A stretch of 64,000 bases of DNA from a bacterium (GTDB lineage Bacteria > Zhuqueibacterota > Zhuqueibacteria > Residuimicrobiales > Krinioviventaceae), in NCBI GenBank assembly GCA_963674595.2, contig CAXXFV010000023.1, forward strand, positions 320,001 to 384,000, given 5' to 3'. Made by a program: the position numbers and the translations under genes. Positions 18,327-28,390 of the stretch are shown in pieces (the stretch's first letter is position 1; each line of letters opens with the position of its first letter). The notes beneath the pieces were generated by a model that worked only from the letters and a program-made list of their open reading frames with translations, was not told the DNA's origin and did not search any database.

Positions 18327-21300
18327 ATGTTGAAACAATTTTTTCGAAATAATATAGTCATAATGATCCTGCTGGTTTTTACCGTTGCCGGATTCGGTCA
18401 GCGAGATGAAGATGGTCATATTCTGCACCGTAAATATGGTGTTATGGACGGTAATCTGACACGTGTTCCTTTTTTTAACGATAGTCGAATTGCGGTAAAC
18501 GTGGGCATTATGGGGTATGTTTTGGAATACCCGATAGGGAGTGGTCACCAGCAGATGGACGGTATAGGTCCCGTCGTTGTAACCAAGATAACAGATGTAA
18601 ATGGCATCGTTAATGCCTGTTGTGAAACAGGTTATAGTAGTGGTGACCCTAATCCGAATGGAACAACGCGCTGGCGATATGAGGCCCTGGGTGGATATTG
18701 CAATCCGGAGCAATTGGAAGCGGCTATGAGTGATGATGATTATACTTGGCCGGACGTATGGCCGGACAAGATGGATGACAGTATCGATCCGGGCTGGTCC
18801 GGTGCGTGGAACGGATATTTCGGCAAGGGCGTGATGAATGCAGACCTGGAGACCTATTTTGTTGTTGACGATGATTGTGATGAAGAGTTTGACTATTACC
18901 CGGATGCAACGGACCCGAGCCGTCGCGGATTGGGCACACAGATTTATATTCGTTCTTTACAATGGCGCAATGTAATGACCGAATCGCATAATTTTTGGCT
19001 GTATGAGGTGGAGAATGAAGGTACGACGGACTATGATTCGGTTTATTTTGCCTTGTTTGCAGATTTTAAAATAGGCGGAGACGATGATGATGTGGCAGGT
19101 TATAATACCCGGTTAGACATTGCCTATTGTTATGATTTTGCGAATGAAGGTTTACCGGGAAATTACAAGCCTGTTCCGGCGACTTGTTACGGATTTTTGG
19201 AGAGTCCGACCCTTGGCTATGACGGCATTGATACGGATGAAGACGGCCTTGTGGATGAGAAACGCGACAGCGGTCCGGGCACATGGATATACGGATCGAC
19301 GGGCTATTATACTCAGGGAAGGCTTGATAATGAGCGGCAGTCGGGTCATGGTGCCTATTTTGAGAGCTGGCACTGGAGCGGAGACGAAGACGGTGACTGG
19401 CTTGCCTATGAGGACAACAACGGCAACGGGCAATGGGACGTGGGCGAGCCGTTGAATGATGATTTGGGAGTGGACGGTGTAGGTCCTTTTGACGAGTCTT
19501 ATACGGGCCGTGATGAAGGAGAGGGAGACGGCATGCCGACGTTGGGTGAGCCGGACTTTGACAAGACGGATTTGGATGAAGGCGATCAATTGGGATTAAC
19601 CGGCTTTTGGAGAGGTGCACACAGTGAACGTGCAGACCATACTGATGATGAATTGGTTTTAAGCTGGTGTTACCAGTCGGTTGGATTTGGTGGGTATGAA
19701 TCCCGTTTTGCAGATAATCTTGGTGTATGGTTTCACTCGGGGCCGGTATATTTTCCGGCCAAAACACGGAACCGTTTTTCATTTACATTATTTTTTGCAG
19801 ACGGATTGACGTATGTAGAGCAATTGGAAGATGCAACGCGTAAGAAGGAAACTGTACAAAAGATATATAATGCAAACTATAGTTTTGCGCAGCCTCCCAA
19901 GGTCCCGAATTTGAAGGCAGTTGCGGGAGACGGAAAGGTATATTTGTACTGGGATGACAGTGCTGAGAATTCCTATGACCGGTTTTTAGGTATTTATGAT
20001 TTTCAGGGATATTCACTGTACCGGTCAACAGACCCGTCGTTTACGGATTGTCATATCATAACGGATGGATATGGAGTCGAGTCTATGAACAAGCCGATCT
20101 TTCGGTGTGACAAGCGTGATAGTATATCGGGATTTTTCCCAGGTACGTACAATGGTTTACATTTTAATATCGGCAATAACAAGGGCTTGGTACACAGTTA
20201 TATAGACAGTGCGAATATTATCAACGGACAGACTTATTATTATGCGCTGTGTTCATTTGACAACGGCTGGATACCGGCTTATAATGAGGAACTGGGAACG
20301 ACAGAGTTGGGGTATGTTGGAAATGTATTGAACGAATCGATATTACCTTCAGAGTGTAGTTTTAATGTCAAGATAGACATGTTGAATGATGTACAGGCGA
20401 TGTCTCCGAACTGTGCGATGGTCAGGCCAAAGGCAGTAGCGGCCGGATATAGTGCGCCGGATATAGGTGGCAGTGTGATACATTACGGACCGGCATCAAC
20501 GACGGAGATAAGTTATAAGATATTTAATCCGGGCGAGTTAAAGAGCGGCAAATACCGGTTGGAGTTTAGTTATCCGGATAATGGATGGCGGTCAATGCCG
20601 TCCTATCAGGTGGTGGATGTGAGTGATGCGGTTGCAGACACGATAGAGAGTTTACGGGAGTTGGAGCGTCTGGATGGAGAGACGCGCTATTTTGATGGAT
20701 TGATCGTCAAGATGGATTTTGACACGAGTCGGGAGATTATCTATCAGGGTTGGCAGAGCGGTAGTAAATGTGAGTTGCCGGCGATTATATCGGCAGAGCC
20801 GACGCAGGACCTTGAGCTGGCGGTTAATTTTGATTTTGACATCGTGTTTACAGAAGAGATCAGTGACACGACGTTTCAAACGAGCCGGTTCAGCAAGTCT
20901 GTAGGCGTCCCGTTTTACGTATACAGCCCGACCTATGGAAAACGAATGGATATGACGTTTATCGATGCGAACAATGATAAACAATGGCAGAGGACAGAGA
21001 TTATTCGAATTATATTGGGTAATGACCGTGCAACAGAACCGGCGACGGGCACAGGTAAATTTCAGAATACGTGGCGAATCACGTTTGAAGCGCCTGCAGG
21101 AGTTGAAGAAGAAGATGTTGTATGGCCGCAGCCCGGAGATGTATTTATGTCGCGAATGAATGTTCCTCCCCAGCATGGAGAGGTTTATGAGTTTTTGACG
21201 AATGAGGCGCGTATAGAGTTAAGCAAGGCGTCGAGTGAGCTGGACAAGATAGCGGTCGTGCCGAATCCCTATGTCGTGACGGAGGTTTGGGAGCCGTCAA

Positions 21301-21554
21301 GTCCATATTTGGCAGGGCGAGGACCGATGGAGATTCATTTTATACATTTACCAAACGAGTGTACGATACGGATATTTACGATCCAGGGCTATTTGCTGGA
21401 CACGATAGAGCATCGCAGTGAGATCAATGATGGACTGGCGATATGGGATGTAATGTCAAAGGATAATATGCAGATAGCGCCGGGAAATTATATATATCAT
21501 GTCGATGCCCCGAATATAGGACAAAAGATTGGCCGGTTTGTGGTGATCAAGTAA
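18327..21554 (+). CDS. Large secreted acidic protein with Ca-binding-type DxDxDG repeats, Fn3-like segment and C-terminal sorting-type domain (TBDR/PorV-associated, function unknown)
   Basis: Signal peptide; DGIDTDEDGLVDE, DNNGNGQWD, DEGEGDG; PPKVPNLKAVAGDGKVYLYWD...FQGYSLYRS...NGQTYYY; C-terminal IAVVPNPYV...CTIRIFTIQG...WD...APGNYIYHV. Confidence 0.8.
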   Translation: MLKQFFRNNIVIMILLVFTVAGFGQRDEDGHILHRKYGVMDGNLTRVPFFNDSRIAVNVGIMGYVLEYPIGSGHQQMDGIGPVVVTKITDVNGIVNACCETGYSSGDPNPNGTTRWRYEALGGYCNPEQLEAAMSDDDYTWPDVWPDKMDDSIDPGWSGAWNGYFGKGVMNADLETYFVVDDDCDEEFDYYPDATDPSRRGLGTQIYIRSLQWRNVMTESHNFWLYEVENEGTTDYDSVYFALFADFKIGGDDDDVAGYNTRLDIAYCYDFANEGLPGNYKPVPATCYGFLESPTLGYDGIDTDEDGLVDEKRDSGPGTWIYGSTGYYTQGRLDNERQSGHGAYFESWHWSGDEDGDWLAYEDNNGNGQWDVGEPLNDDLGVDGVGPFDESYTGRDEGEGDGMPTLGEPDFDKTDLDEGDQLGLTGFWRGAHSERADHTDDELVLSWCYQSVGFGGYESRFADNLGVWFHSGPVYFPAKTRNRFSFTLFFADGLTYVEQLEDATRKKETVQKIYNANYSFAQPPKVPNLKAVAGDGKVYLYWDDSAENSYDRFLGIYDFQGYSLYRSTDPSFTDCHIITDGYGVESMNKPIFRCDKRDSISGFFPGTYNGLHFNIGNNKGLVHSYIDSANIINGQTYYYALCSFDNGWIPAYNEELGTTELGYVGNVLNESILPSECSFNVKIDMLNDVQAMSPNCAMVRPKAVAAGYSAPDIGGSVIHYGPASTTEISYKIFNPGELKSGKYRLEFSYPDNGWRSMPSYQVVDVSDAVADTIESLRELERLDGETRYFDGLIVKMDFDTSREIIYQGWQSGSKCELPAIISAEPTQDLELAVNFDFDIVFTEEISDTTFQTSRFSKSVGVPFYVYSPTYGKRMDMTFIDANNDKQWQRTEIIRIILGNDRATEPATGTGKFQNTWRITFEAPAGVEEEDVVWPQPGDVFMSRMNVPPQHGEVYEFLTNEARIELSKASSELDKIAVVPNPYVVTEVWEPSSPYLAGRGPMEIHFIHLPNECTIRIFTIQGYLLDTIEHRSEINDGLAIWDVMSKDNMQIAPGNYIYHVDAPNIGQKIGRFVVIK

Positions 21555-21632
21555 GAAGAAAAGATGAAATGGTTCAAAATTGATTAATAATAGAAATAAT
21601 CAACCAATGAATTTTCGGAAATAGGTGATAAC

Positions 21633-22679
21633 ATGAAGAAATTATTTTATATACTTTTGTTTGTCATTTTGGGAGGGATGAATCAAGCGTATGCTCAAAT
21701 TTCATTCAGCTCTTTCAAGTCGGATGTAACCAAAGTCGGAACCACATCCGGAGCTTTTTTAACAATTCCTGTCGGAGCACGCGCCAATGCAATGGGTGGA
21801 GCCTTTGTATCTGTTGCAAATGATGTAACAGCACTATACTGGAACCCTGCCGGAATAGCTTCGATTACTGGAATGCAACTGGCACTTATACATTCCAACT
21901 GGATTGCAGATATAAAACATGATTGGATCGGTGTTGTTGTACCACTTGGTATTGCCGGTAATGTTGGATTTAGTGTCAATTCATTGACCATGGATGATAT
22001 GATGGTTCGTACTCCTGCTTTACCAGAGGGTAATGGTGATATTATGGAGTGCTATGATTTGGCACTTGGAATGACTTATGGACGAACCTTAACAGACAGG
22101 TTTAGTATAGGTGGTAGTTTCAAATATGTCAGAAGTCAGCTTTGGCACATGACGGCGCAGGCTGCAGCATTTGATTTAGGTATTATGTTTTCAAATATAT
22201 TTGACATGTTCCAGTTAGGAGCTGTGATGACAAATATGGGTACAAAGATGCGTTTTGATGGTCGTGATACCTATGTATATTATGATGTCAGCGAGTCTGA
22301 AAATGGTAATAATGAGAAAATCGATGCAAAACTTTCAACAGAAAGGTATAATTTGCCAATAGCCTTTCAGGTTGGCGTTTCTACTGTTATTAACAGAAAG
22401 AGTTCGTTTCCTTTATTGCTTGCTGTTGAATTTTACGAACCATCTGATAATGTACGCAGTGTCAATGTAGGTGGAGAATGGTCATTTTACAACATGGTCT
22501 TCCTTCGTGGTGGATATGCCCGGATTTTTGAAAAAGATTCGGAACGCGGATTAACACTTGGAGCCGGTTATAAATTTCGAATTCCAAACTCTTCTTTACG
22601 ATTATTACTGGATTACAGTTATGAAGATTTAGGTATTCTCGATAATTCTCAAAAGTTTTCTCTAAATATTGTTTTATAA
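21633..22679 (+). CDS. PorV/PorQ-family (UPF0164, FadL-like) outer-membrane beta-barrel
   Basis: KVGTTSGAFLTIPVGARANAMGGAFVSVANDVTALYWNPAG signature; amphipathic strands; FLRGGY; terminal FSLNIVL. Confidence 0.88.
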   Translation: MKKLFYILLFVILGGMNQAYAQISFSSFKSDVTKVGTTSGAFLTIPVGARANAMGGAFVSVANDVTALYWNPAGIASITGMQLALIHSNWIADIKHDWIGVVVPLGIAGNVGFSVNSLTMDDMMVRTPALPEGNGDIMECYDLALGMTYGRTLTDRFSIGGSFKYVRSQLWHMTAQAAAFDLGIMFSNIFDMFQLGAVMTNMGTKMRFDGRDTYVYYDVSESENGNNEKIDAKLSTERYNLPIAFQVGVSTVINRKSSFPLLLAVEFYEPSDNVRSVNVGGEWSFYNMVFLRGGYARIFEKDSERGLTLGAGYKFRIPNSSLRLLLDYSYEDLGILDNSQKFSLNIVL

Positions 22680-22731
22680 TATCAAGTTTAAAAAAATTAC
22701 GATTGAAATTTAATATTTAGGATAGTGACTT

Positions 22732-24411
22732 ATGCAAAAAACTCTCTCATGGAAATATTCTTTATTATTGGCGGGGCTATTATCTGTATTTATTGCCTGT
22801 CAAAAAAAAGACACCGGTTATGATCATAATATCATAGCAAAAATAAACGATTCCAAAATCACTTTTCAGGATTTTAGTGATTACTTTAAACAAAAATATC
22901 CTAAAAAAAACCTTATAAATGCATCTGATAGCCTTAAAAACAACTTGCGTAATGATATGATTTTGCAACAAATATTGTTAATGGAGGCTTATCGGTTAAA
23001 ATATAATAAAGATATAGATATTGTCAAGTTTGTAGATGAAAAGGAACGAGAGTTAGCTGCAACTGCCATGCTCAAACAAATTACGACGCCAAAAAGGGTG
23101 ACAGAAGCAGAGTTGAAAAGATATTATCAATGGTTGGGAAAATCATTTACTTTTTATTCTATAATGGTGAAAACCGGTTTTTTTGATGAGAACCGGAAAA
23201 GTGCTGAACAAAAAGCAAATGATCTTTATAAGAAAATTTTAAATGGTAAAGATTTTAAAGAAATAGCCTTTAAATATTCGGAAAAGCCCGGAGCCAAATC
23301 GGATAGTGGCAGAATGGCAAATATGGAATGTTTTGACCTTTATGAGGGGCTTACAAAACAGCTCTATCAAATGAAGGAAGGAGAAACAAGTAAGCCTTTT
23401 TATACAGACAATGCTTATTACATTATCAAATTAGAAAAAATTAATGAGAGAAAATTTGGGGACTATAAAAAAGAAGAACTGCAATTAAAAGAATCATTAG
23501 ATAAATTTTATAACGATTGTGTTACGTTTAAAACCAATGAATTTAATAATTATATTAGAAAAGAAAATCATTATCAAACGTTCGCGGATAATATAGATTT
23601 CTTTTGTGAACGCGCAAAAAACATGACGTTCCGTGAGGATACACTCGGGTTATTCACAGATAAAGAAAAAGCCTTACCACTGTCAAAAAATGATGTAGAG
23701 GAAATAACGATTGGTGTGTTTCTCCCCAAAGTAATTGAATTTTACTGGGATTCACTTATTCATGAACGCGTTGTTGTCATGCTGTTGGATTATATGAACA
23801 CAAAACGATTGATTAAACACAAAGCTATTGAATTGAAATTTAATGAATTGCCCGAGCAGAAAAGAGATTTGGAAATTTGGAAGACACATTATTTAAAAGA
23901 GCAGGTAATACAAAAAGAAATACTTGACCATGCCAAAGTTTCGGACGATGTTTTAAGGTCCATTTATATGAAAAATAAGGCAAAATACAAAGTAAAGAAA
24001 AGAATAACGGTCAGAGAAATATTTTGTAAAAGTCAAACTCAAGCTGAAAAAGTATACCAGTTAGCTATAAACGGTGAAAATTTTGAACAACTTGAAAAGA
24101 AATACAATCAAAATCAGGAATCAAGAACACATGGTCTTCTTGGACCATTTGAAAAAGGAAGAAATGGGATATTAGGAGAAACAGCCTTTAATGATATGCC
24201 GGTTGGAAGTATTAGCAAACCGTTTCGTTACCGTGGTGGGTATTCCTTCTTTAAAGTAGTATCAATTGAACCTGAAGGTTATAAATCTTTTCAGGATGTA
24301 AAAGATGATTTGAAAAATCAATATTTAGAGGATAATAAAAATGAATTTATTTCCAACTGGTTTCAAAAGGTAAAGAAAAAATATAAAATTAAATTGTTCG
24401 AATTTGCTTAA
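22732..24411 (+). CDS. Parvulin (PpiC-type) peptidyl-prolyl isomerase/chaperone lipoprotein, two rotamase domains
   Basis: Lipobox FIAC; SurA/PrsA-like helical N-terminus; GKDFKEIAFKYSE...GETSKPF and GENFEQL...HGLLG...GSISKPF. Confidence 0.85.
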   Translation: MQKTLSWKYSLLLAGLLSVFIACQKKDTGYDHNIIAKINDSKITFQDFSDYFKQKYPKKNLINASDSLKNNLRNDMILQQILLMEAYRLKYNKDIDIVKFVDEKERELAATAMLKQITTPKRVTEAELKRYYQWLGKSFTFYSIMVKTGFFDENRKSAEQKANDLYKKILNGKDFKEIAFKYSEKPGAKSDSGRMANMECFDLYEGLTKQLYQMKEGETSKPFYTDNAYYIIKLEKINERKFGDYKKEELQLKESLDKFYNDCVTFKTNEFNNYIRKENHYQTFADNIDFFCERAKNMTFREDTLGLFTDKEKALPLSKNDVEEITIGVFLPKVIEFYWDSLIHERVVVMLLDYMNTKRLIKHKAIELKFNELPEQKRDLEIWKTHYLKEQVIQKEILDHAKVSDDVLRSIYMKNKAKYKVKKRITVREIFCKSQTQAEKVYQLAINGENFEQLEKKYNQNQESRTHGLLGPFEKGRNGILGETAFNDMPVGSISKPFRYRGGYSFFKVVSIEPEGYKSFQDVKDDLKNQYLEDNKNEFISNWFQKVKKKYKIKLFEFA

Positions 24412-24609
24412 AAAACTATCATTGTCCAAGTTCAACTAATAAGTTCAGTTAATTATCAATCTATATTTTCAGTTTAGAAGGAGGTGATAAAAGGCATTTA
24501 GATATATTTATACCATTTTTCGAGTGTTGGTGTGAGTTTGTACGACGAGGCATCTGATTTTTAGAGGCCTTACCTATTGAAAATTTTAAAACAGAACAGG
24601 AGAAGCACA

Positions 24610-27600
24610 ATGCAGAAAAAGAATTCTCTGTTTCTAGGGATTATTGTACTGTTGCTTATGGCTGTTACAGTAATCGCGCAGAACGACAATAACAATATGA
24701 AATGGCAACTCGCCTGGACATCACCGGCAACCCTGAATGAATCGGAACATCCGGTAGTCGGTAATGATGTTCCGGTCCCGTACCGTTTTTATAATTCAGA
24801 AGCATGGTTTGATTTTGATGGTGATGGTAACCTGGAATTTTACTGTGAGGACCAGGACCCCTACCGTGGTTATGTTTATGAAGCAGACGGGAACAATCAG
24901 TATGTATACCGCTGGCACATTGACTATTTCATAAACGACAGCACGAATTTGTTAAGAAGTGAGCGTTCATCACACGGAACAGACTGTGATGGAGATGGGG
25001 CGGATGAATTAATTCATCAGCATACTTGTACGATAACGGACCCTGAAGATCCGAATTATATTCCCTCGATTCGTGTATTCAAGCATGAAGCTGGTTCTGC
25101 TCAATTTTTGCCGGACCCGATGAACTGGACAGTAGCCTGGTATGATCTTCCAACGGGCCGGGAAGACAATTCATTCCGGCCGGAATATTACACGGATGCC
25201 GGAGATTTTGACAATGATGGCAAGGGTGAATTTGCAATCAATTACAAGCGTAATGCGACACATCATTTCGCTATTGTAGAGGTTACGCCTCCGTTAACTC
25301 CTGAAGAGGTAGAGTTCAAGATCGAGTTAATGCTCGACAAAGAAGAGTACATGAAACCAGGTGTAGAGATTGGAAACGGCTATAACAGTTGTCGAATAGA
25401 CGGCGAGGATTTGGATGGCGACGGTCGGGCTGAATTTTTCTTGTTAAACCGTGAGACACCAGCCGTATTGCCGCAGGCGGATTATTATGTAGACTGTGTT
25501 GGTCCAGACACCTATAATGTTCATGGATTTTTCAAGGATGATGAGATCGTATTTCCGGTACCTTATGTACGCATCGGAGAGAACTATACGTTTATCGATT
25601 TGGATCATGATGGTGTAAAAGAGATGGTCACGTATGCCAAGGGCTTGACCGAAGACGTAAATATGGGAATCATGTCATTGTGGGTAGGCAAGTTGAATCC
25701 TTCTGATCCGGCGCATGTAGTAAATATGGACAGCTGGTATTTGGTAGCGACAGTAGACCAGATGCTGGGATTAGAACCGGGAACATATTCAGGTGGCGGC
25801 GGCTGGATCGAAGCCGGCGATGCTGATAAGGATGGTTTTGGAGATGTTTATATCGGTGCTGGAGCTGATGGTCTTGTCATCGATGCCGAGTTTGTCGGTG
25901 ACGATCTTTCAGACGTAAACGATTACAATTTCTATCCTGTTTTTAATATGCAGACGGCCATGAATGATACGATCAACGGATACCATTCGGCCCGAAGTGC
26001 AATCGGCGATGGAGATAGTGATGGACAGACCGACATCGTTCTTTGGAACAAGGTTAAAGGTGAGACAGCACGCCCCGGTATTTGGATAATGGAATTTGAG
26101 ACCGGTGAATGGGCTGATAAAGACAATAATCAATGGCGACTCGCCTGGACATCACCGGCAACCCTGAATGAATCGGAACATCCGGTAGTCGGTAATGATG
26201 TTCCGGTCCCGTACCGTTTTTATAATTCAGAAGCATGGTTTGATTTTGATGGTGACGGTAACAAGGAATTTTACTGTGAGGACCAGGACCCCTACCGTGG
26301 TTATGTTTATGAAGCAGACGGGAACGACAACTATGTATACCGCTGGCATATTGACTATTTCATAAACGACAGCACGAATTTGTTAAGAAGTGAGCGTTCA
26401 TCACACGGAACAGACTGTGATGGAGATGGGGCGGATGAATTAATTCATCAGCATACTTGTACGATAACGGACCCTGAAGATCCGAATTATATTCCCTCGA
26501 TTCGCGTGTTCAAGCATGAAGCTGGTTCTGCTCAATTTTTGCCGGACCCGATGAACTGGACAGTAGCCTGGTATGATCTTCCAACGGGCCGGGAAGACAA
26601 TTCATTCCGGCCGGAATATTACACGGATGCCGGAGATTTTGACAATGATGGCAAGGGTGAATTTGCAATCAATTACAAGCGTAATGCGACACATCATTTC
26701 GCTATTGTAGAGGTTACGCCTCCGTTAACTCCTGAAGAGGTAGAGTTCAAGATCGAGTTAATGCTCGACAAAGAAGAGTACATGAAACCAGGTGTAGAGA
26801 TTGGAAATGGTTATAACAGTTGTCGAATAGACGGCGAGGATTTGGATGGCGACGGTCGGGCTGAATTTTTCTTGTTAAACCGTGAGACACCAGCCGTATT
26901 GCCGCAGGCGGATTATTATGTAGACTGTGTTGGTCCAGACACCTATAATGTTCATGGATTTTTCAAGGATGATGAGATCGTATTTCCGGTACCTTATGTA
27001 CGCATCGGAGAGAACTATACGTTTATCGATTTGGATCATGATGGTGTAAAAGAGATGGTCACGTATGCCAAGGGCTTGACCGAAGACGTAAATATGGGAA
27101 TCATGTCATTGTGGGTAGGCAAGTTGAATCCTTCTGATCCGGCGCATGTAGTAAATATGGACAGCTGGTATTTGGTAGCGACAGTAGACCAGATGCTGGG
27201 ATTAGAACCGGGAACATATTCAGGTGGCGGCGGCTGGATCGAAGCCGGCGATGCTGATAAGGATGGTTTTGGAGATGTTTATATCGGTGCTGGAGCTGAT
27301 GGTCTTGTCATCGATGCCGAGTTTGTCGGTGACGATCTTTCAGACGTAAACGATTACAATTTCTATCCTGTTTTTAATATGCAGACGGCCATGAATGATA
27401 CGATCAACGGATACCATTCGGCCCGAAGTGCAATCGGCGATGGAGATAGTGATGGACAGACCGACATCGTTCTTTGGAACAAGGTTAAAGGTGAGACAGC
27501 ACGCCCCGGTATTTGGGTAATTGAATTTGGTCAGGGAGTATCTCCTAATGGTGTTGACGCAAATAATGGTGACGCAACGCTGCCTGTTTCTTTTTCATTG

Positions 27601-27864
27601 AATCAGAATTATCCAAATCCATTTAATCCAACAACAACCATTAGTTATACTCTGGAAAAAATGTCCAAAGTTCAATTGGATATTTATGACATTAATGGAA
27701 GACTGGTTAAAACGCTGTTTACAGGTCAACAAGGACACGGAAACCATCAGGTTGTATGGGATGCAACAGATTTTAATTCTAATAAAGTCGCAACCGGTGT
27801 TTATTTCTACTCATTGGTTGTCAACTCTTCAAGAATCGTTAAAAAGATGACTTTATTAAAATAG
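24610..27864 (+). CDS. Secreted FG-GAP/VCBS-like repeat protein with two near-identical domains and a T9SS/FlgD-Ig-like C-terminal domain
   Basis: Start ATG 24610 after AGGAG; signal peptide (VIA|Q); repeated DFDGDG, DCDGDG, DFDNDG, DLDGDG, DLDHDG, DADKDG, DGDSDG blades; C-terminal QNYPNPFNP...WDA...TGVYFY...KMTLLK. Confidence 0.85.
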   Translation: MQKKNSLFLGIIVLLLMAVTVIAQNDNNNMKWQLAWTSPATLNESEHPVVGNDVPVPYRFYNSEAWFDFDGDGNLEFYCEDQDPYRGYVYEADGNNQYVYRWHIDYFINDSTNLLRSERSSHGTDCDGDGADELIHQHTCTITDPEDPNYIPSIRVFKHEAGSAQFLPDPMNWTVAWYDLPTGREDNSFRPEYYTDAGDFDNDGKGEFAINYKRNATHHFAIVEVTPPLTPEEVEFKIELMLDKEEYMKPGVEIGNGYNSCRIDGEDLDGDGRAEFFLLNRETPAVLPQADYYVDCVGPDTYNVHGFFKDDEIVFPVPYVRIGENYTFIDLDHDGVKEMVTYAKGLTEDVNMGIMSLWVGKLNPSDPAHVVNMDSWYLVATVDQMLGLEPGTYSGGGGWIEAGDADKDGFGDVYIGAGADGLVIDAEFVGDDLSDVNDYNFYPVFNMQTAMNDTINGYHSARSAIGDGDSDGQTDIVLWNKVKGETARPGIWIMEFETGEWADKDNNQWRLAWTSPATLNESEHPVVGNDVPVPYRFYNSEAWFDFDGDGNKEFYCEDQDPYRGYVYEADGNDNYVYRWHIDYFINDSTNLLRSERSSHGTDCDGDGADELIHQHTCTITDPEDPNYIPSIRVFKHEAGSAQFLPDPMNWTVAWYDLPTGREDNSFRPEYYTDAGDFDNDGKGEFAINYKRNATHHFAIVEVTPPLTPEEVEFKIELMLDKEEYMKPGVEIGNGYNSCRIDGEDLDGDGRAEFFLLNRETPAVLPQADYYVDCVGPDTYNVHGFFKDDEIVFPVPYVRIGENYTFIDLDHDGVKEMVTYAKGLTEDVNMGIMSLWVGKLNPSDPAHVVNMDSWYLVATVDQMLGLEPGTYSGGGGWIEAGDADKDGFGDVYIGAGADGLVIDAEFVGDDLSDVNDYNFYPVFNMQTAMNDTINGYHSARSAIGDGDSDGQTDIVLWNKVKGETARPGIWVIEFGQGVSPNGVDANNGDATLPVSFSLNQNYPNPFNPTTTISYTLEKMSKVQLDIYDINGRLVKTLFTGQQGHGNHQVVWDATDFNSNKVATGVYFYSLVVNSSRIVKKMTLLK
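24701..27516 (+). repeat. Intragenic tandem duplication: 24701-26085 and 26132-27516 (period 1431 bp = 477 codons)
   Basis: Reading the two copies side by side gives about 13 substitutions in 1385 bp, all in the first ~680 bp of the unit. Confidence 0.95.
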
Positions 27865-27900
27865 TGTAACAGCACTATTATTTAGTTTCTGCTTCTTGGT

Positions 27901-27932
27901 ATAGGGCTTCCTTGATTGTGAGGAGGCCCTAT
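27901..27932 (+). terminator. Stem-loop after the core module (terminator or 3' stabiliser)
   Basis: ATAGGGCTTCCT / AGGAGGCCCTAT 12-bp stem 36 nt after the stop; weak T tail. Confidence 0.6.
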
Positions 27933-28390
27933 AATTTTATTAAATAATTTCAAGCCGACTGTTTTGATCAAGATGTACTTTAATGTTTTTTCGGACTAAT
28001 AATATTGAAATTCTCGATCATCATATCATGGATGACAATGGTTTTAAATAAATATATTGATAAAATTACTGTTTTCGTTGTTTAATAGAAAAACATGTGA
28101 TAAGGCTATAAAATTATTTTGATATAAAAATGTAATGACGATAATAAATTAAACTGTTTTATGAATTTTTTTTTAGATCTAACTTTTTTAAAAAGACTGA
28201 AAGATTGATTAATATAGATAGCATATTTTTAAATTACCAAACGTTGATGAAAAGTTTTAAAATTATTTCCTTTTTTAACCCTGGATTTACTAGAAAAGCC
28301 TTTTTACTATATATATTAATTATTTTTTCAAATCTTCCGGGAAATGTCAATTGTAAAAAAGCCGGCAATTCTTTTGAACCAAATTTTACT

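Noticed and set aside
19066-21176. Long antisense ORFs (238, 145, 174 aa) opposite the 18327..21554 gene
   Set aside because: No recognisable motifs; they are expected shadows of a locally GC-richer coding strand.
24701-27516. Near-identical repeat pair as a diversity-generating retroelement TR/VR
   Set aside because: The unit is 1.4 kb and both copies are in-frame coding, the differences are not adenine-specific, and there is no reverse transcriptase in the window.
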